Origin: Ginglymostoma cirratum
Lineage: Eukaryota
NCBI GenBank assembly: GCA_024137785.1
Contig: JAHRHZ010000058.1
Span: 18,590,215 to 18,654,214, forward strand
Direction of reading: 5' to 3'
DNA length: 64,000 nucleotides
Shown piece by piece: positions 1-10,195 of the stretch (position 1 is its first letter; each line of letters begins with the position of its first letter). Made by a program: the position numbers and the translations under genes. Below the pieces are notes generated by a model that saw nothing but the letters and a program-made list of their open reading frames with translations, did not search any database and was not told the DNA's origin.

Positions 1-1255
1 TACCTCTGACATCTGTCCAATATCTATCACCCCTCAATTTAAAGCTTTGTCCCCTCGTGCTAGCCGTCACCATCCAAGGAAAAAGGCTCTCACTGTCCAC
101 CCTATCTAATCCTCTGATCATCTTGTATGTCTCTATTAAGTCACCCCTTAACCTTCTTCTCTTTAACGAAAACAGCCTCAAGTCCCTCAGCCTTTCCTCA
201 GAAGACCTTCCCTCCATACCAGGCAACATCCTGGTAAATCTCCTCTGCACCCTTTCCAGTGCTTCCACATCCTTCTTATAATGCGGCGAACAGAACTGTA
301 TGCAATACTCCAAGTGCTGCCGCACCAGAGTTTTGTACAGCTGCAACATGACCTCATGGCTCCGAAACTCAATCCCGCTATCAATAAAACCTAACACACC
401 GTACGCCTTCTTAACAACCCTATCAACCTGGGTGGCAACTTTCAGGGATCTATGCACATGGACACCGAGATCTCTCTGCTCATCCACACAACCAAGAATC
501 TTACCATTAGCCCTGTACTCTGTATTCCTGTTACTCCTTCCAAAGTGAATCACCTCACACTTTTCCGCATTAAACTCCATTTGCCACCTGTCAGCCCAGC
601 TCTGCAGCTTAGCTATGTCCCTTTGTAACCTGCAACATCCTTCTGCACTATCCACAACTCTACTGACTTTAGTGTCATCCGCAAATTTACTAACCCATCC
701 TTCTACGCCCTCATTCAGGTCATTTATAAAAATGACAAACAGCAGTGGCCCCAAAACAGATCCTTGCGGTACACCGCTAGTAACTGAACTCCAGGATGAA
801 CATTTCCCATCAACCACCACCGTCTGTATTCTTACAGCTCGCCAATTTCTGATCCAAACCACTAAATCACCCTCAATCCCATGCCTCCGAATTTTCTGCA
901 ATAGCCTACCATGGGGAACCTTATCAAACGTTTTACTGAAATCCATATACACCACATCAACCGCTTTACCCTCATCCACCTGTTTGGTCACGTTCTCAAA
1001 GAACTTAATAAGGTTCGTGAGGCACGACCTGCCCCTCACAAAACCGTGTTGACTATCCCTAATCAAATTATTCCTTTCTAGATGATTATAAATCCTATGT
1101 CTTATAATCCTTTCCAACATGTTACCCACAACGGAAGTAAGGCTCACTGGTCTATAATCACCAGGGTTGTCTCTACTCCCCTTCTTGAACTAGGGGACAA
1201 CATTTGCTATCCTCCAGTCTTCTGGCACTATTCCTGTAGACAGTGGACATTTGAA
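1..1255 (-). mobile_element. CR1-clade LINE, ORF2 (RT) fragment, runs off window start
   Basis: The + strand ORFs 57-1276 are typical antisense frames of CR1 ORF2. The minus strand carries RT motifs (GVPQGSVLGPLL, SKFADDTK). Intronic to LAMC2. Confidence 0.85.
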
Positions 1256-1366
1256 AATCTTCTAACTGGCAGTTGACTCAGTGTCAGTAGAGTTTTTCAA
1301 AATCTGGATCTCTGTGTGTTGAGTGAGCGTAAGACTAATAAAGTGTTCATCCATGTTGCTCATCAG

Positions 1367-1534
1367 GTTCCTGCTTCTCCAATGACCCTCCCAGGAATTG
1401 CCCACATGGTTATTATCCTGATTCTACTGAACCAAGAGGCTGTAGGATTTGTCCTTGTCCAAGAGGTGCAGGGTGCACTGTGACACCGGGAACAACAGAC
1501 GTGGTGTGTGTGAGCTGTCCAGCAAAAACAATGG
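1367..1534 (+). CDS. LAMC2: Laminin gamma-2 exon (end of remodelled LE module plus start of next LE); first exon in window
   Basis: catcag|GT...ATG G|gtaagc, 168 nt, phase 1/1. Translates (G)SCFSNDPPRNCPHGYYPDSTEPRGCRICPCPRGAGCTVTPGTTDVVCVSCPAKTM(G), resembling the gamma2-specific GDCYSGDENP...CPIGFYNDP..PRSCKPCPC segment. Missed by the ORF track. Confidence 0.88.
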
Positions 1535-3122
1535 GTAAGCCTTGGGTACAATCTGACATATTTAACTATTTGGAAGAGGTTACAATAACACCAGCAGAAA
1601 GAAACAACACTGCCACTTTTACACAAAACAGGCCTGTTCAGCAGATTTATACTTAGAACTACCTCTTTCAGTTTTTACTGGATTTGTTTAAATTTGTGAA
1701 TACTTGTGGAAAATGCATCCATCATTGAAAACTGTACAGTACAGCTTCATTATCCACATTCCAATTATCTGCGTCCCTGGAAATTCATCAGAACATAATT
1801 GAAATAAAACCTTACTTGAGAAGATGCCTCATGCACAACTAAAAGTCTTGATTCATTGTATTTCATCTTCTGCACAGTGAATTAACCTACACAATGCTTA
1901 ATTTGTAACCTGTAATGTAATAGTTTTTGCTATAGCTACAGGACGTTGGAAGTCATTGTTATAAATGTTATAAATTCCTTATAAAGTCATATTTTGGAGA
2001 CTTATTTCTCCTCCAACTTTTATGATTCATCAAGGTATTCTTTTCATTATGGAAGATATTGAATTAACAATATCATGTCTGAAACTACTAATAATGTAGC
2101 CCTATGTGGCCTATTGAATGTAAAAGCATACTGCAAATTTGAGTAAATATACTAACATGGTCTCTGTCATCTAGTGAAATAATATGAGATAGTGTTCACA
2201 TAGCACTTTTCATATGTTCAAGATATCCCAGAATGTTTTTAAATGTTACAATGTAGTGGCAAAAAAACTTTATGAAAAGAAATGTGAAATTCCAGTTAGT
2301 AGCTGAAAGGATGATATCATCCAAGATATCACAGCTTAAGATTTTTATTGTAAAGAAGAATCAGTATCTTTATAGGCAGTTCATACCTTAAACCACAAAT
2401 CAGAACACGCCCCTTCTCCTTTTCACACAGCTGAAAACACACTTGACAGATATACTTTACATCTGCTTTGTGCAGATATTCTATTTTCCTGGAACCAGTT
2501 CAAGGTGATTCTTAGCTTCCAAGAGTTTACTTCTGTTCCTTTTTCTCCAGGGAACTTTTAATCGCAGAACTGTCTTTCACAATGAGGCGTTTCTGTGTGG
2601 ATATTTTTCCTGTAGTACAACAAATCTTCCAGCCATGTTTTTGTTCGTTATGAATTCAGACTTTTCAATCTAAGAGGTACTATCACATGCATTCCTGCGT
2701 GATGAACCATAGTATCTTGCTATCCATAGCTTCTCTCCCACTCTCTGATCCTGACCAACTAACTTATCTGAGTTTTGGTGGTATCTTAAAAGCCCTTACC
2801 CAAACAAAGCCCATCAGAATCAAGCATAGCAAATTCTTTCCTCTCATTATTGCTGTACAGAATTCAAACATAACACATCATTTCCTGTTAAGTTGAATTC
2901 TGGCAAACTACACTCTTTTCCAGTGAACACCTTGTTATACAGTTTGCTGAATAATTAGCCTCTCCTGTTTTCACATTTAATTTTTGAACATGACAGGGTA
3001 CATCACTATGAGAAAAAATAAAGTCAATTTGATTAAATTTGCTTTCTGTTTATTTAATATAAACTTTGAGACTCTAATGCATGTTTCTTCCATTCGTTGA
3101 CGTTATTATGTAAATTCCCTAG

Positions 3123-3356
3123 GTAACCGGTGTGAAATGTGTGAGGAGGGATACTTTGGTAACCCACAGGCAGGTAGATCCTGTCAACCTTGTCAATGTA
3201 ACAACAATGTGGATCCCAACTCAGTTAGTTATTGTGATCGGTGGACTGGGGAATGTCGAGGATGTCTGTACAACACTGCAGGACACCACTGTGAGAGATG
3301 CAAAGATGGCTTTTTTGGAAATGCACTTGCCTCCAATCCTGCTGAAAAGTGCAAAC
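3123..3356 (+). CDS. LAMC2: Laminin gamma-2 exon, LE modules including the nidogen-site-homologous module
   Basis: ttccctag|GT...AAA C|gtaag, 234 nt. [77 protein letters not shown]. Confidence 0.92.
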
Positions 3357-4174
3357 GTAAGAATTGTCTTTGAACTTCACATATCCTATATGTGGACATA
3401 TTGCATGGAATAAAGTTTACTGTTTCCTTGCAGCTAATCTGCAAAAAGCAAATCCAGTTCAATATTACAGAAGGTTGCAATTTGTCCTCGATGTTATCAA
3501 CGGTTTCTAAAATACAGTTTTAGTTTCTCTTACATTAAAAGTATTTTAGAGACACTAAGTAAGAATTATTTTCTGGTTTGCTGCTTTGGGATTCATCACC
3601 CTGGGAATTGTAGTTGCCCAATGGATTTTCATTGCTGAGATAGAGCCTTTAGTTCCTGGTTGTGCAATCCCAATGGCATTGTAATGGGACTTCTGCTGCA
3701 GCTCCAAAGGAGGCACGTGGGCATTCAAAGTGGAAGAAAAGAAGATAAAAGTCAGTTTTGTAGATATCCACAAAGATGCAGTTCTTCATGGTTAAATTAA
3801 TGATGACAGTTTGGACTGGGGTAACATGTAGCAACAGGAAGATATAGCTGCTGCAAAATCTTCTGTCCCCCCATCAGGTGTTCACTTACATCACTTCAAT
3901 AGGGTCACCACTGCCTTCCACATGGTGGCCCAATGAAGTGGTGGTAACTTCAAATTGTTTGAAAATCTGATGAAGTTCCCTGATATTTGATTTGAGGTGG
4001 GGAATGAGCAAAGAGAAAGACCAAGGGGAGAGCAATGAAACAGTGTCGGTCTCAACACCAAATGTTCATCCCAACCTTTTCTGCTGCTCTCCCACCTGAA
4101 TTCAAATAAACTGTGCAATAAAGTGCAGGCCCAATTCTACCCGAATTCATGCTCAGAAATAGATTTGATGTTTA

Positions 4175-4310
4175 AATAAAACAAAGAACTGCGGATGCTA
4201 GAAATCTTACACAAAAACAGAAACTGCTGGAGAAACTCAGCAGATTTCGCAGCATCTGAGAAGACAAAGCAGAGTTAATGTTATGGGTCCAGTGATCTTT
4301 CCTCAGAACA
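4175..4310 (-). mobile_element. Penelope-derived short repeat with a decayed hammerhead core
   Basis: gaactgcggatgctagaaatc...cctcagaac. Minus strand reads CTGAGGA-aagatcactggacc-cATAAC-ATTAAC (GAAA mutated). Same family as 22050 and 49768. Confidence 0.65.
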
Positions 4311-4440
4311 GAATTTGATGCTTAGACTGGAATTGCTTGTGTGGATTAACATATGTTTCAACATTTAAGCAACAATCATGAGATAAAAGAATCTGAGACC
4401 TGCTGTACATTTTCATGTTATGATTATATTACTTTTACAG

Positions 4441-4616
4441 CTTGTAACTGTGACCCAAGTGGTTCTTGGTCCTTACAGTGCAGGGATGATGGAACATGTG
4501 ATTGCAAGTCAGGAGTCTTTGGAGCTAAGTGTAACCAGTGTGCAGGGGATACCTATTACAATGGCACCACAGGTTGCCAGGAGTGCCCAAGCTGCTATCA
4601 AGCAGTAAAAAGCAAG
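4441..4616 (+). CDS. LAMC2: Laminin gamma-2 exon, last LE module plus CxxC start of the coiled coil
   Basis: ttttacag|CT...AAG|gtaggt, 176 nt. CNCDPSGSWSLQCRDDGTCDCKSGVFGAKCNQCAGDTYYNGTTGCQECPSCYQAVKSK. Confidence 0.92.
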
Positions 4617-4917
4617 GTAGGTACCTGATACCCTCTGGCTAAGGGAAAGCTAGCTTGGTCTTTGTGTTGAAATTATAAGAGCAGAATTTCCTCACAAAAT
4701 CTATGTCTATTTTTATAGCAATCCCAAACAATCGCATTAACATATGCTGGCACCAAAATCTGAATAAACAAAAGAGAATCAGCCTGAGTATTTGGACCTG
4801 ATGAAAGCATGGAACCTCTGTCCTTTTTCTTTTCCAATTTCCTTTTTAGTCTGAAAGCATCAAATAGGAAACCAAGTAGTGAAAGTCTCAACGGAGAGAA
4901 ATTGTTTTGTAGTGAGT

Positions 4918-5620
4918 CATATAGGAACATAGGAACAAGAGTAGGCCATTCAGCCACTTGACTCCACCGTTCAATTAGGTCATGGCTGATCATCTATCTC
5001 AATGCCAATTCCTTACCCCTTTATGTCAATAATCTCCAGAAATCTATGATTTCTGTATCGAACTTGCTCAGTGATTGACGAGCCGTAGCCCTCTGGGGAA
5101 GAACATTCCAGATCCTCCATTCTCTTAAAGAAGGAATCCCTCCTCATCTCAATTCTCAAAGATCTACCCTTCACCTTGAGATTATGCCCTTGGTTTTAGA
5201 GTCACCAATCAGGAGAAACACAGCTACTATCTATCCACATCTACCCTGCCATGTCCTGTAAGTGTTTCTTAAGGTTCAATGACATCATCTATCACTCCTG
5301 GAAACTCTACAGAATATAGGACCAGTTTCAACAATTTCTCCTCATAAGACGATCTCACCATCCCAGGGATTAATCTGGTGAATCTCCATTTAACTTTATG
5401 GTTAAGTATATCCTTTCTTAGATAAGGAGACCACACTGTATATATTGCATCAGTGGGGTCTCACTAAGTCTCTATAGAGCTGCAAGATACCTTCATTAAC
5501 TGCACTGAAATCCCCTTGAGATGAATGCCAACATACTGCTTGCATTCCTAATTGCTTGCTACTTTGCATTATAGCTTTTAGTGACTCACGGACAAGTACG
5601 CTCTGAACCCTTTAACATAT
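4918..5620 (-). mobile_element. CR1-like LINE 3' fragment, decayed
   Basis: Starts with the reverse-complement tail (cataggaacataggaacaagagtaggccattcagcc) followed by degraded ORF2 C-terminal sequence. Confidence 0.7.
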
Positions 5621-5738
5621 ATTTCCAGGAAATGACACTGTATTGCTTATTTGAAAAGGTGTCATTATCATTATCACATTCTACTCATTGGCAGTCATCT
5701 TACTTTTGGAAGTATGCTATATAAGATTTCAAATGATG

Positions 5739-5855
5739 ACACTTCAAGCACAGGGGTGGGATTGAGGAGGTAGGCCCTTCATAGCGACCTCAGCCAATAT
5801 GAAAATTATACCTTCTCTGTTGGCATCAATTCTGCATCCCAAACCAACATGTCTG
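5739..5855 (-). mobile_element. tRNA-type SINE fragment, inverted partner of 6591-6707
   Basis: 117-nt ungapped reverse complement of 6591-6707 with 10 mismatches. Confidence 0.75.
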
Positions 5856-6590
5856 CTTTTGTGTCAATGTATATAAAGAAAGAATTTTCTATGTATAAAG
5901 TATACTTTTGAAATAAGAAAAATACAAGTAGACAACAGAAACAGGTTTTGTAAAGAAAAGATGGTAACATTAACATGTGAAATCTCAATTGCTAAACAGG
6001 AAGTTTGGAATTTGCATTGCCTGTGGTCACAGAAGAAACAATTCACAAAGGAATACAGGGAACTATCTCATTTCTCTCCATCTATTATCTTAATCATTCA
6101 TATATTATCAGTCCATTCCTGAGAAATAAAGTACAGGCTTTCAGATTGTGTAACCAACCTACTTTATCACCCTCAAATTATTTGAACATTTCACAGATGA
6201 AGTTTAAATGGCAAATCTCGGAGGGCTTGTTAGCTAGTTTTTTGTGAGCGTATGGTCCACATTGCTCCAACAAAACATTGCATTGAAGGTGATTTGTACT
6301 TGAGACTTTCAAAAAAAATCTCACTATTTCCAACAAAATGCTAACTGTTTGCAAATTCCTTATAACTTCAAGGCAGCAAAATTTGGAGATATCAAATGAA
6401 GGCATGCAAACAACCCATAGAATTGAAGTTGAAGATACATTAAATCAAAAAGAGCATGAACTAGATTATGGAATGTCTGCAATTTATCCTTGAACAATTA
6501 TTCCAGCTCTTCCTACCCTCACAGCTACCGATATTATGAGATGCCAGCCTTCTTAAAGCTGTTCCTGAATTCTCTTTGGTATTATCCTTC

Positions 6591-6800
6591 CAGGCATGTT
6601 GGTTTGGAGTGCAGAAGTGATGCCAACAGAGAAGGTGCAGTTTTCATATTGGCTGAGGTCACTATGAAGGCCCTACCTCCTCGATCCCACCCCTGTGCTT
6701 GAAGTGTGATGACCCTCAGGTTAAATTCATCACTGGTCATCTCTCTATAATGAGACAACAGGCTAGGGTTCTTTGAGACTAAGGTGACTCTTGCTTTTCA
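6591..6800 (+). mobile_element. tRNA-type SINE (5' truncated)
   Basis: ...tgccaacag...ggctgaggtcactatgaagg...gaccctcaggttaaa...ctctctataatgaga...ggtgactcttgcttt resembles a recalled elasmobranch SINE. Confidence 0.6.
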
Positions 6801-7131
6801 GGAAGTAGTTGTTGCAAGCCAGCTCAGAACTCGCCCACTGATGGATTTCTCTTTAAACTATATCTTTCCATTTTCTCTTCTTAAACTATTAAAATGGCAC
6901 TAGATTATGGCAACAATGGAAACTTTTCACTGTATTTTATTGTATTTTACTGTAGAATGCACATGACAATAAACACGCATTCATTCATTCATCCCTTCAG
7001 AAGTTTAGAACAATTATGAAAACTTTACCTCTGCTTTAATGATTTGTAATTTTGGATACTAAGAAGATTGTTGGAATTTTTCTTTGGTTTCTTACTAAAT
7101 GCTTTTTATGTCTGTTTTTTATGCTGTTCAG

Positions 7132-7288
7132 GTAATGAAACACAAGAATGTGGTTAGAGATCTGGAAATTCTAATTACGAAAGTGAAGACAAATGGGAAC
7201 CCATCAAATGACAAGGACTTTGATGAAAGATTGAGGAAAGCATCAGTGGTCCTCAACAAAATGATGACTGACGCTAAAAAAACAGAAA
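7132..7288 (+). CDS. LAMC2: Laminin gamma-2 coiled-coil exon
   Basis: gttcag|GTA...GAA A|gtaagt, 157 nt. VMKHKNVVRDLEILITKVKTNGNPSNDKDFDERLRKASVVLNKMMTDAKKTE. Confidence 0.9.
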
Positions 7289-8121
7289 GTAAGTTCTTAT
7301 TTTTGCTTGGTGACTTTAAAGGTTGTAAGATTTTTAGCATAAAATACAAGCGTAAAGCAATTTTCTCCCCCTTCATTATCATTTGATCTCCTTATGTTTT
7401 CCCTTCTCGATCCCAATCTAAATGGATTTTCTTTGATTGAAAAGCGACTTGCTCCAGGGCACTGCTAAATCTCCTTGTAGCGATGTATGAAAATGCAAGT
7501 CGACTTTCTTATGAAAGTACTTCTTGGAATCTTACTGGGTGTTAGTAGTTCTCTGGATCCTTTTTTAGCTTAAGCTAGCATGGAGGTAGTTTTTCTTTTG
7601 CTTCACCTTATTGACAAAGTTTTGTTTTTTAAAAATTGCCTTTCCCAGGAGATACCATCACAGTGTGATGGAGTTTGTGGTGCTAGAGGATAGTAAGCAC
7701 AGAGGCATAATGTTTCTCTAGTCTTGCCCTGCTGGTCATTTTTGTATGCTCATATACATTAGCTGGCCTCAAGCAGCTTATCCTTGGTAGATTCACCAAG
7801 CCATTTTGCCATAAGACATAATACAACCAAGCCCAATCCTGATACCCATTTAACATCTATCATTTTTCCAGTATGGTTGTACCCAGCTTGCACTCACTGG
7901 CTGAATTCACAGGCTGCTGCGGTCATACGGTACCCTTATCAGTTCAGAGCAACTAATGTGAGGTGAATGGAGTCTGGGATCCTCCTAGTCTACATAGCAA
8001 AAAGAAATAAGATGACCTATTAGAGTTACCAGGAAGAAATGAAATGGGGGGATCTTCAGAAGATAAACTCAAGAATGAACAACATTTGGCTGCGGCAGTA
8101 AAGATCAAATTCTTTTTACAG

Positions 8122-8327
8122 TGGATGATGAAAACAATCTTGACCAATTGAAAAATATTAACAAGAAGTTGGGTGTTGAGACAAGTCGCCTGAACAATAT
8201 AGGGAAATCTGTTGATGAGACTCGGAGGTTGACAGTATTGTATGAAGATCGCATTCGGAATACAGAGAAGTTGCTCAGCAATGTCAGGACAAAGATCCAG
8301 GAAAGCAGGACAGAACTGAACCGAATG
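8122..8327 (+). CDS. LAMC2: Laminin gamma-2 coiled-coil exon
   Basis: tttttacag|TG...ATG|gtaagc, 206 nt. DDENNLDQLKNINKKLGVETSRLNNI...QESRTELNRM; phase matches neighbours. Confidence 0.9.
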
Positions 8328-9783
8328 GTAAGCCCTCATGAGTCAAAACAAGCACTTTTTCTTTAATTTGAAGGTTAAAAACACAATTAGTAGCCTACAT
8401 GTTTATAAAATAGAAAGGACAACAGTAAGGACACAAATGTCGTCAACGTAGTGAAAGACCCAGGGCAGTCCTGGCATTTTAAAATTCTAGTAATTAATAA
8501 ACATTACACCAATGGTAAATGTGTGAGACATGTAAGTTATGACACAGTCTGTGAATGAGATATAATTTCATAAATGTCATAGCCTGTAGGTATTGCTTTG
8601 TTTCACGTTATGATACAATCTTAATGGAAGAATTATGTTTGAAATTCATGTTGAGCCATTTGAGTGTTAGTACATAGCTAGATATTCTGTTCCCATGCTG
8701 TGTGTGTGCTCAGAGGGAGTGCATGTAAAATAGGTCAGGTAGATAGCCCACCAGCTACCCACCCTCCCTTCATAATATAGATGGGACCTGAAAGGCACCC
8801 ACTAAATACAAAGGCCTCAGTTAGTCAAATATTGCCCACTTACGATTGTTGAAAAGGTAGGGAGGGAAGGGATTACATCTGCTGAGAGCTGGGGAGTTGC
8901 CTCTGATCATTAGAGATGGTTTCGTCTTTGATTTTACCCCACGTTGGACCTCCCTTTCTGGCTTTAACCCTGTTGCTCAAAACCCCTGCTCCCCTCCCAA
9001 GGTGCCATCCCCGCTTGGGACTTACATGGGTGCAGATGGCATGATCTTCTTTGTGGCACTGCTTGCTCCCACTACTGTGATCTGGTATTGCTGAGACTGT
9101 AAGTGTGCCTGCCAATCTGATTGGCCGACAGTCCTGAAGGGTCAGATCCCCTTCCATTAAGAGACGGAGTCTGATCCTCAGTCTGTTTAGGCTGCTCATC
9201 GCTGGTGCTGGCTTTTTAAAAGTCCTGTTTCCAGGGGAATGTTCTTCTGGTGGGGGCTGTTGGGTTGGGAGCTGTGAGGTGCAAGCAGTTCTATCCCCAA
9301 CCCCAAGGTTGTAAAATCCAGTCTCAAATTATGGAGACATGACATCAAATTATGAGACAATGCTGCAGACTGCTTCTCCTAAATCCATGTCAAAGAGTCA
9401 CACACAGCTTCACATGAAATGCTGCACTGCTTATTTTGAAACTGTGTCATATATACCAAGACTGTAACCAAATTCAAGGCCGGTTCTGTACTGAGTTTGC
9501 TGATGTCAGCTGGCCTGTTACCATAATTAACTCATGTAGCACTAGATTAGCATCAGAGAATGAAAGGATTTCATTCTTATTAATATAGAAGGAAGCCTGC
9601 AGGAAAACGTGTTTAAGTGGAATGAACATTTGCTTATCAAAGAAACAAAGGATTGCTTGCTCCCAGTGAAAGCGTAATTCAGCATTTTTTGGAAGGAAAG
9701 GAATTTTGTTTTGCTAACTTTAAATGTTTGGATAAATGAGAGCTGGTTGCCAAACTAAATAAGTGCAATGTTATTTCTTGCAG

Positions 9784-9860
9784 CCATCTTTACCTACGGG
9801 TCCTGTTGGAGGCCACAACCTGGTGGGTCTAGCAGATGAAGCTCGAAGATTGGCAGATAA
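9784..9860 (+). CDS. LAMC2: Laminin gamma-2 coiled-coil exon
   Basis: tcttgcag|CCA...AA|gtaaga, 77 nt. PSLPTGPVGGHNLVGLADEARRLAD(K), the gamma-chain LAxEAxxLA motif. Confidence 0.88.
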
Positions 9861-9983
9861 GTAAGAGTGGTTTCTTTTATTTGCAAGCTGCCCTCCAGCA
9901 CTTTTCCTATTCTTAGTTTCATCTCACAACATCATAGCATGGAAAAGTTAAGAACGTTTTCACACTTGCTTTGTTTTATTCAG

Positions 9984-10121
9984 GCATGTAAGAGACGCAG
10001 ATAACATAGAACAGTTCAGCAGAACTGCCAACCAGTCAGCGTTTGAGGCCCTTGAATTAATTACCCAAGTAATCAAAGATGATCAGAAAACCATGGAGTC
10101 CATCAACCTGCTAAATCAGCA
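9984..10121 (+). CDS. LAMC2: Laminin gamma-2 coiled-coil exon
   Basis: ttattcag|G CAT...CA|gtaagt, 138 nt. HVRDADNIEQFSRTANQSAFEALELITQVIKDDQKTMESINLLNQ. Confidence 0.88.
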
Positions 10122-10195
10122 GTAAGTGAGACTGAATTTTGATGTGAAACATGTAAGAACACTAATTTGAATACTGAATACTTGTTTAATAGAGA

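Noticed and set aside
57-1276. Run of + strand ORFs up to 145 aa
   Set aside because: Antisense frames of a CR1 RT, not genes.
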